The notes beneath the pieces are model-generated. The model worked only from the letters and a program-made list of their open reading frames with translations. It was not told where the DNA came from and did not search any database. Shown here in pieces: positions 37,106 through 45,904 of a stretch of 45,904 nucleotides of DNA (position 1 is its first letter; each line of letters begins with the position of its first letter). Position numbers and translations under genes: made by a program. The stretch lies in NCBI RefSeq assembly GCF_004010195.1, contig NC_057752.1:271241-317144 (forward strand), read 5' to 3'. This DNA is from Chiloscyllium plagiosum. Lineage: Eukaryota.

Positions 37106-38471
37106 ATGATATAGAATGTAATTGTCTTTACAGATAACACTTGGTCCATCTGATCATCTAGATTATTTTCAATCATGAATTTTCCAGTGTAGTTTTTCTC
37201 TTGGTGTTGACTTTTTTCTCTGTTTTATTGCACCTCCCAGTTGATTTCATTTCTGGTGAGGTTTTGGGAGTAGGAGAGGATGGTGGTTTGGTGATGGTCC
37301 TTTCCTGCCTGTTGATTTTCGTGTGATTTTGCAGCTGTTTCAGTCCAATTCAAACCCTGGATGACTGGCAGTTGAGTTGATCCCATTACCACATTGCATA
37401 GTGCATTCCATAATGGAGTTATTAAACTGTGAACCAATACACAGCCAAAGGGAATGAACCCCACACCTCCAATCATTATATTAAAAAAAATATTTTGTGA
37501 ATTCTGTACAGGTACAGAGGGAAGTCATGCTGGGGAATGAAAACTTCAAATTCCATTTTGATTTAGTCCCTTACCGGTCTCCTTATCGCTCCCTCACCTT
37601 TGGATGGCATTGTCTGTAATGGTCTTTGCATGTAAATGTCTAATTGGCTACATGGGTGATTGCTGGTGTCTGTTAGTTGTTAAAAACAAAAGATCTCACA
37701 GTGATTTGGTGATGGGGCAAAAAACGTTCAGTTGTGTGTGATAACACTTCTGGATATGAAAAAAAAAGCTGTCTACAACATGCTTCAAGATTTCATACAG
37801 TGTGGATCAAATGCAGGTTAAAGCTTCCTTTACTGAGCCTTAATTCAAATTAATTGCAATTTCAATAAATTTTGGGTTTTCCCCATCTTGACTTCTCTCA
37901 TGACACCTCAGATAAGACTACTAGTTTAACACAAACAAGGGGCAGTTTGATGCTGTGGAGCCAATCGCCTTTGAGCATTCATTGGCAGTGCCCAAGGCTC
38001 GTTTCATACATTGTCAGAGAGAGAGAGTGGTCCTATTCATGTTGATGGGACTCAAACCCTGATTCCAGAACTAATCCCCTGTATGACCCCAGTACTCCCT
38101 TTTAACTGCATCCCACCTTCCTCCGTTTTTGCTAGGAATTGATTGCAATGTTTTAAAAGTTTGTTTTGGTTTTTGAACCACAAACAGTGCTCTCATCTTT
38201 AAGCTTTACATTTTGTCACCCATTTCTAGTTGCCTTCAAAATGCAGTGAGCCATCTAATTAAACCACTACAGGCCTGGTAGCAATTGAGTGGCTTGGTAG
38301 GCCAGTTTTGCTGGCTGGGCAATCTCAGTATCCTTGAGCTTGAGTAAGAGTTTTGCCTGTGCTCCTTATTGGCCTTGAGAAAGTGGTGATTTGCATTGAC
38401 ATGAACAACATGAAAACATGGCTACCCGGAGTGATATACAGGAGGATAGTATATAATTGTAATCCAATTAT

Positions 38472-38706
38472 TGAAATAATGTCACAGAGGCTGGTATGCT
38501 GTCACCAAGTCACCTTTTATTTACACATGCATGGCACTTGACATTGCCGCTGTCAGAGTGAACAGAACCTCTGACTCTCCTGTTTATATCTGTCAGCCAG
38601 GCTCCCTGATTGGGGCTAATATGATCAAATCATATGTTAATATGATCAAATCAGGGAACTTTTATTCTGTGAGGTCCACCTGGCTGACCTTGTTACAATC
38701 ACTAAA
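38472..38706 (-). mobile_element. Probable solo LTR
   Basis: On the minus strand: CCAAT-like boxes, TATA (gatataaa near 38585), AATAAA near 38520 and terminal ...tttca. The 5' TG is mutated and no clear TSD is seen. Contains a 16-bp internal duplication (38617-38632 / 38638-38653). Confidence 0.55.
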
Positions 38707-39099
38707 GCTATATCTTCAGGAGTGGGAATCAACTGAAAGAGTGACTACATCCAGACCAAATGCAGTGAATGGTGTTTTAGTACGAACATCATTGTTTTCT
38801 ACCACTGCTGACTTTCCTGATATTTCTGCTCCTGCATCTTGTAAGGAAACTTTGATGCAGGTACACTTCAGTGCAGGGGATGGTGGCTTGTTGGTAAATG
38901 TTACTGCATGAGAAATGCAGGAGCCTCAAACCATGCTTTGGTTTCATGGGTTCAAATCCAACCATGGCAGATGAGGGGATTTAAATTTAGTTAATAAATC
39001 TGGAAATAAAGACCTACTCTCAATAATAATGATCATAAGAACTACCGGGATGCCATTAAAGGTTCATCTAGTTCATTAAGTTCATCGAGTTCATCTAGT

Positions 39100-40132
39100 T
39101 CAAGGCAGAGAGTTGGGATAAAAGGTTCTTTTTCGTAATGGCGTCCCGCAGGGATCAGTGTTGGGGCCTCAGCAGTTCACTTTATATATAAATGATCTGG
39201 ATGAAGAGACTGGGGGCATTTTGGTGAAGTTCGCCAATGATATGAGGTTAGGTGGACAGGCAGGTAGTTCTGAGGAGGTGGGGAGGCTGCAGAAAGAGTT
39301 AGAGAGTTTAGGAATATGGTCTAAGAAATGGATGATGAAATTTAATGGGAGCAAATGCGAGGTCTTGCACTTTGGAAAAAAGAACACAGACATGGACTAT
39401 TTTATAAACGGTGAGAAAATTCATAAAGCCAAAGTACAAAGGGATCTGGGAGTGCTAGTCCAGGATTCTCTAAAGGTTAACTTGCAGGTTGAATCCGTGA
39501 TTAAGAAAGCAAATGTAATGTTGTCATTTATTTCAAGAGGGTTGGAATGTAAATGCAGTGGTGTGCTACTGAGATTTTATAAAGCTCTGGTTAGGCCCCA
39601 TTTAGAATACTGTGTCCAGTTTTGAACCCCTCACCTCAGGAAGGACATACTGGCACTGGAGCATGTCCAGCGGAGATTCACACGGATGATCCCTGGAATG
39701 GTAGGCCTAACATACGATGAACGGCTGAGGATCCTGGGATTGTATTTGTTACAGTTCAGAAGGTTGAGGGGAGATCTAATAGAAACTTACAAGATAATGC
39801 CTGGCTTAGAAAGGGTGGATGCTGGGAAATTGTTTCCGTCAGATACTTGGACTGGTGGGCACAGCCTTAGAATTAGAGGGCGTCAATTTAGAACAGAAAT
39901 TAGACATTTCTTCAGCCAGAGAGTGGTGGGCCTGTGGAATTCACTGCCACGGAGCGGGCCTGTGGAATTCACTGCCACGGAGCGCAGTGGAGGCCGGGAC
40001 GTTAAATGTCTTCAAGGCAGAAATTGATAAATTCTTAATCTCACAAGGAATTAAGGGATACGGGTGCGTGGGTAAGTGGTGTTGAAATGCCCATCAGCCA
40101 TGACTGAATGGTGGAGTGGACTCACTGGGCCA
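39100..40132 (+). mobile_element. CR1 ORF2 3' fragment with a 28-bp tandem duplication (39928-39983)
   Basis: [22 protein letters not shown] and LRGDLIETYKI. gggcctgtggaattcactgccacggagc occurs twice. Confidence 0.92.
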
Positions 40133-40719
40133 AGTAATAACAGCTGTACATCCACTTGAAGGCGTCTTACTGAGAGGTCACACCAACTTTCAAGCCTTAG
40201 AATTAGAGTGTTATAGAATAGTAGATGTCCACAGCACAGAAAAAGCCCTTCGAGTTTACACTGGTCAAAAACAAGCACCCAGCTGTTCTTGAAATGGGGT
40301 CACAGTGGAAGCACATTTGGACTGCAGGATGTACTGCAGGAATTCACCAAAACTCCTTCAACAGCCAAACCCATGACCTCTAACATCTCAAAGATCAAGG
40401 GCAGCAGATGCATGGGAATACCACTACTTGAAAGTTCCCCTCCAAGCCCCACAGCATCCTGTCTTGGAAATATATCACCATTCCTTCAGTGTTGCCAGAT
40501 CAAAACCCTGGAACTCCTTCCCTAACAGCATATGTTACATAGCATGGATTGCAGCGGGTAGAGGGCAGCTTCGCACCACATTTTCAAGGCAGTTAGGGAT
40601 GGACAATAAATTGCTGGCCGAGCTGATGAAGCTAAAACTCATGAATGGTTAAAGAAAAAGCTGACTGACATACACTGGCCTCACTCTGGACTGAGGCCGT
40701 TTGGCTTATGTGGTTTTGT

Positions 40720-41790
40720 TATGGATGAAAGTCTTATGGATTTACTGGAATTCTATGAAGACATTACGAGCATGGTGGATAACGGGGACCCAGTAGATGT
40801 GGTGTATCTGGATTTCCAAAAGGCATTCATCAAAATGCCGCACAAAGGCTGCTGCATAACCTAAAGATGCATGGTGTTATGCGCAATGTATTAGCATGGA
40901 TAGAGGATTGGTTAACTAACAGGAAGCGAAGAGTGGGGATAAATGAGTGCTTTTCTGGTTGACAATCAGTAACTAATGGTGTGCCTCAAGCATCAGTGTT
41001 GGGGACCACAATTGTTTACAATTTACATAGATAATTTGGAGTTGGGGACCACGTGTAGTGTGTCAACGTTTGCGGATGACACTAAGATGAGTGGTAGAGT
41101 GAAGAGTGCAGAAGACTCTGAAGGTTTGCAGAGGGATATAGATAGTTTAAGTGAGTGGGCACAGGTCTGGCAGATGGAGTACAATGTTGATTATTGTGAA
41201 GTCATCCATTTTGGTAGGAATAACAGTAAAAAGGATTTATTTGAATGGTAAGAAATTGCAGCATGCTGCTGTGCAGAAGGACCTGGGTGTCCTTGTGCAT
41301 GAATCACAGAAGGTTGGTTTGCAGGTGCAACAGGTAATTAAGAAGGCAAATGGAATTTTGTCTTTCATTGCTAACGGGATTGAGTTTAAAAGCAGGGAGG
41401 TTATGTTACAGCTGTATAGCTGGTGAGACCACACCTGGAGTACTGTGTGCAGTTTTGGTCTCCTTACTTGAGAAAGGATGTACTGGCAGTGAAGGGGGTG
41501 CAGGGAGGATGTTTCCACCGGTGGGTGAACTAGAACAAGAAGGCATAGCCTCAAAATTAGGGCAGCACGTTTAGGACTGAATTGAGAAGGAACTTCTTCA
41601 CCCAGAGGGTTGTGAATCTTTTAAAGCTAAGATAGATAATGTTTTGAACAGTAAAGGAATTAAAGGTCAAGGTGAGAGTGTGGGTAAGTGGAGCTGAATC
41701 CACAAAAAAATGAGCCATGATTTTATTGAATGGCATAGCGGGCCTCAAAGGGCCAGATGACCTACTCCTGCTTCTGGTTCTTATGTTCTG
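40720..41790 (+). mobile_element. CR1 ORF2 3' fragment
   Basis: VVYLDFQKAF, FADDTK and KDLGVLVHESQK. Ends ttcttatgttct. Confidence 0.92.
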
Positions 41791-42269
41791 AAACAGGCAT
41801 AACATTAAACAAAAAAAAGCTTCAGTCCATGTGTCATTGGGAAAACAGACAGAAAGAGCTTTTAGCTACCTGTTTCTGCACATAACACAACACGTTGCAA
41901 CAGCGATGCTTAATTTCTGTAAACATTACACTATGTTTGCTTGTGAACACGAGCCCTACGAATGAGTTGAACCTTTGTCCCATCCAGCTGTGGCCCTGAC
42001 CCAAATTTCTGGGTCAATAGCCCCATAAAGGTTCGGTAAGCATTAAAGAGCGCGGTTTGTGAATTGGAGCTGGTAACATGTGCAGACAACAGTCAAGCCT
42101 ACTGCTGTAACTCTTTCTCGCGAAGGCCATACAATGATTGATGGTTCTGCCACGAGCTAACAGAATATCCATCAGTCAGTGCTGAATGCTACCCAAATTC
42201 TATTTATTTCTCCTTCCTCTCTACGTAAGAAATCTTCTTCCTTTCTGTAGTGAAATCATTGATCACTTG

Positions 42270-43540
42270 CTCTGCCTCAGTAGGTATCTTGCTCCCTTCA
42301 CTCCCATGACAGAGTCAGAAGGTTTAGAATTTAAGGTTCACTCCAGAGACTTGAGCACATAATCCGGTTGACATTCCAATGCAATAATGAAGCAGCGCCC
42401 ACAGTCACTGAATCAGTACCAAGAGAGTACTGCACTGTCAGAGGGTTGGTCCCAAGGGGGACTGATCCCCACTGTCAGTGGATCAGTCCCAACAGTACTG
42501 CACAGTTGGAGAGGCAGTACTGAGGGAGTATTACGCTGTCGGAGGGTCAGAACTGATGCATTGTCAATAGGGCAGCACTAAAGGACGTTGCACGTCAGAG
42601 GATCATTACTGACGGAGTGCTGCATTGCCAGGCAAACATCTGTCCTCTCAGTTTTTTTAAAAATTCATTCACAGGACATGAGGATCACAGACTGGGCCAA
42701 CACTTATTGCCCATCCCTCATTACCTTTGAGTCTATCCTTGCTTCTTGAATTGCTGCAGTACATGTGCTGAAGGTAGACCCACAATGCCTTTAGGGAAAA
42801 AAATTCCAGAATTTTGACCTGATGAATGGTGATATATTCCCAAGTCAGGATGGTGAGTGGCTTGGAGAGGAACTTGCAGGCGGTGGTGTTCCCACATATC
42901 CTTGAGGGGAGTGGTTGTGAGTTTGGAAGATGCTGTCTAAGCAGCCTATAAATGCCACACAATGCTGCTGCTATGCATCAATGGTGAAGGGACTAAGTGT
43001 TTGTGGATGAGGCACCAATTAAGTGGACTGCGTTGTCCTGGATGGTGTCAAGCTTCTTGAGTGTTGTTGGAGCTGCCCCCATCCAGGCAAGTGGGTGGTA
43101 TTCCATCACATTCCTGACTTGTGCTTTGTAAATGGTGGACAGGCTTTGGGGGGGTCAGGAGTTGAAGTATTTGCTGCTGTATTCCTTGCCTCTGACCAGC
43201 ACTTGTGGCTATAGTATTCCTTGCCTCTGACCAGCACTTGTGGCTATAGTATTTATATGCCTAGTCCAGTTCAGTTTCACGTCAATTGCAAGTTGAATGC
43301 AAAAGATCCATTGGACAATTTTGAAAGAAGAGCAAGGGTGTTCTCCCCAGCTTCCTGGTCAATATTTATCCCTTAATCTCCAGTCATTTTCTCCTTGTTT
43401 TTAAGGGTTTGTTGTGCAAATAATTGGCAACATCTTCTAGATTACAACAGTGACTACATTTCAAACAAAGAAATCAGCATTGGCTATACATCACTTTGGG
43501 ACATCCTGAAGTTGTTAATGGCAGTGTATAAGTGCTTTAT
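42270..43540 (+). mobile_element. Deu-domain-type SINE with an internal degenerate minisatellite (about 42380-42632), interrupted by a LINE 3' fragment (42655-43290, minus) that carries a 35-bp tandem duplication (43179-43248)
   Basis: Head gagtcagaaggtt...gacttgagcacataatc, recurrent cagtactgagggagt..tgcactgtc units, and the body resumes at about 43295. Confidence 0.7.
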
Positions 43541-43997
43541 TTAATTTGACAGACACAAGTTGCATTCTGCACTATGCCAAAGTAAATATTGGCAGGAGTT
43601 CATCACTGGAGAGCTGTAGGTAGATCCTCTCCTTAATAAAAGCAAAATACTGCAGGTGCTGAAGATTTGAAATAAAAACAGGAAGTGCTGGAGACACTCA
43701 GCAGGTCTAGCAGCATCTGTGGAAAGGGAAATAAAACTAATGTTTCAACTCCAATGACTCTTCTTTGGGACCCATCTGATCTTCTCCTTACCTCACATGC
43801 CCCCATACTCAGTATCCAGCAGGGATGGACAAATAGTGATGAGGAGCAAGAAATAGATCTGCAGAAACTGATTGAAATGCCCCTAAACATTACCTCAGTG
43901 AAGTTTGGCAAACTCAGGCCAGTGTCTGACAGAAATTGTGATAGGCACAACAAAAACATACCTGCTGAGTGTAATAAATGGCTAGAAGGTTTCTTGT

Positions 43998-44158
43998 ATT
44001 AGAATTAGAATTAGAATCCCTAGTGTGAAAACAAACCCTTGGGCCCAATAAGACCACACCGATCTTCCGAAGATTAACCCACCCAGGCCCATTCCCCTAC
44101 ACTATTACTCTATATTTCCCCTGACTAATGCACCTAACCTACACACCCCTGAACACTT
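43998..44158 (-). mobile_element. HE1-like SINE 3' fragment with CR1-type tail
   Basis: The minus strand reads ttaggtgcattagtcagggg...ggggaatgggcctgggtggg...gggcccaagggtttgttttcacac, followed by (ttctaa)n. Confidence 0.65.
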
Positions 44159-45384
44159 CAGTCTGTAAAAAGGAATAAAATGTAACAAGTTTTGGGAGTC
44201 TTACACTGTACGTCTGATATTATTTAACAGCTTACTTCACCACCTATAAAGATGAGCATTCATTTTTACTGTTTTTAAATGTTGCTGTGATCTGTTTTAT
44301 TTTGAAACAAGTAGTACTTTTGTTACAACGTGGGGACAGTAGCATGGTGGCTGTGTCACCAGTCCAAAAATCAGGATTAATAATCTGGAGGTGTGAGTTT
44401 AAATCCTATCACAACAGCTGTGGAACTTAAGTTCAAGTAATTAAATAGGCCTGGGATAAAAAGCTAGTTTCAATGACTTACAAAACAACCAGCCTGTTTA
44501 ATTCACAATGATCTATGCTTGTGATTTTTGGTTCAAGGGATAAAAAGCTGGGATGTGGGCATCATAGGCTAGGACAGCATCTATTATCCATCCCTAATTG
44601 CCCAGAGAATAGTTAAGAGTCACCATCGTTGCTGTGAGTCTGGAGTCACACGTAGGCCAGAACAACACATTTGTTTCTCTAAAAGAATATTATGAACCAG
44701 ATGTGTTTTTATGAGAATTGACAATAGTTACCTGGTTGCCATTAGCTTCTAATTCCAGATTTTTATTGTATTCAAGTTTCACTTTCTGCCATGGTGGGAT
44801 TTACACCCATGTCCTGGCAATGAATATGGGTTCTGGATTATTAGTCTGGTTACATTACTATTATACCACCAATTTCCCTGCGTCTGCGTGTGTGTGGAGG
44901 TTCATTGTAATCTGACATCCTTAACTGGTCTGATCTATAGTGTACAACTGGATAATCTCACTCTAAACAGATGAAAAATTCAAAAATCAAAATTATAAAG
45001 TATTTTAAATTATCAATACAATGTACACATGGCTAAAAGAATTTCAGATCGATGCACACATTTACACTGAAGGTCAAACAAAGGCAAACAAAACAATTGT
45101 GTATATTGATACTAGTGTGTCACAAATAAAATGAGGATAAATCATCAAAATTCCCTTTCAAAGAAGACAAAACTTAGACTTAAAATCTTTTTAAAATTGT
45201 TGCCCAGATTTGGATGGAATTGGTTAGTGATCAGGATACCAGATGACATGATGATGATGATAATGATGACATATTTCAGGAAGAGTGGGTGGTATTGTTG
45301 TCTGTTGGACTATGTTTCAGTCACTGGTTGAAGTGCTGTAACAAATCATTTTTGGAAAGTCTAAAAAAAGAACTATTTGTTTGC

Positions 45385-45904
45385 AAGGTTTGTGAAAGTT
45401 TGTAGCTCAGGTTGAGGTTTCGGGTGTAGGTTGCTCGCTGAGCTGTAGGTTTGATATCCAGGCGTTTCATTACCTGGCTAGGTAACATCATCAGTGGCGA
45501 CCTCCAAGTGAAGCGAAGATGTTGTCTCCTGCTTTCTATTTATATCTTTCTCCTGGATGGGGTTCCTGGGGTTTGTGGTGATGTCATTTCCTGTTCGTTT
45601 TCTGAGGGGTTGATAGGTGACATCTAGATCTATGTGCTTGTTTATGGCGTTGTGGTTGAGTGTCAGGCCTCCAGGAATTCTCTGGCATGTCTATGCTTAG
45701 CCTGTCCCAGGATAGATGTGTTGTCCCAGTCGAAATGGTGGGTTTTTTTTCATCCATGTGTAGGGCTATGAGGGAGAGGGGGTCGTGTCTTTTTGTGGCT
45801 AGCTGGTGTTCGTGTATCCTGGTGGCTAACTTTCTTCCTGTTTGTCCTATGTAGTGTTTGTGGCAGTCCTTGCATGGAATTTTGTAGATGACGTTGGTTT
45901 TGTC
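45385..45904 (-). mobile_element. Penelope-like element of another family: GIY-YIG endonuclease and terminal repeat, running off the right edge
   Basis: Minus translation DKTNVIYKIPCKDCHKHYIGQTGRKLATRIHEHQLATKRHDPLSL, then after a frameshift HFDWDNTSILGQAKHRHAREFLEA*. Confidence 0.92.
45458..45497 (-). ncRNA. Hammerhead ribozyme motif in the PLE terminal repeat (cleavage triplet mutated)
   Basis: CCA-CUGAUGA-U-GUUACCU-AGCC-AGGUAAU-GAAAC-GCC-UGG. 7-bp stem II and CCA/UGG stem I. GCC stands where GUC is expected. Confidence 0.7.

Noticed and set aside
37225..37476. 83-aa minus-strand ORF in unique sequence
   Set aside because: No recognisable homology or supporting splice structure.
38875..38970. 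A/B-box-like sequence as a tRNA gene
   Set aside because: No cloverleaf. It continues into the SINE body shared with 2038-2385.
42380..42632. CRISPR-like repeat array
   Set aside because: The context is eukaryotic, the units are degenerate and contiguous without unique spacers, and there are no cas genes.

Overview
This is vertebrate genomic DNA. The repeat families point to a cartilaginous fish, probably a shark (inference). Two protein-coding genes lie head-to-tail on the minus strand. The first is the 5' part of TSFM (mitochondrial EF-Ts): coding exons 4934-4981 and 164-319, continuing off the left edge. The second is a complete EEF1AKMT3/METTL21B: coding exons 20977-21144, 18389-18500 and 12608-13011, about 227 aa, probably with a non-coding first exon near 22.8 kb. 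The same gene pair is adjacent in human, but no METTL1 exon was recognised upstream. Most of the rest is decayed, often nested retroelements: many CR1 LINEs, a second LINE family, L2 fragments, a Rex1/Babar element, Penelope-like elements (PLEs), three SINE types and a probable solo LTR. The notable structures are: (1) hammerhead-ribozyme motifs from at least three families, tied to PLE terminal repeats and all more or less mutated; (2) short fold-back PLE-terminus inserts with 12-14 bp target-site duplications (TSDs); (3) a local inversion marked by an inverted 16-bp TSD; (4) an 18/19-identical CTCF-like motif upstream of both genes. I found no convincing evidence of a wholly new biological system. 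All alignments and translations were done by eye, and repeat boundaries are approximate.
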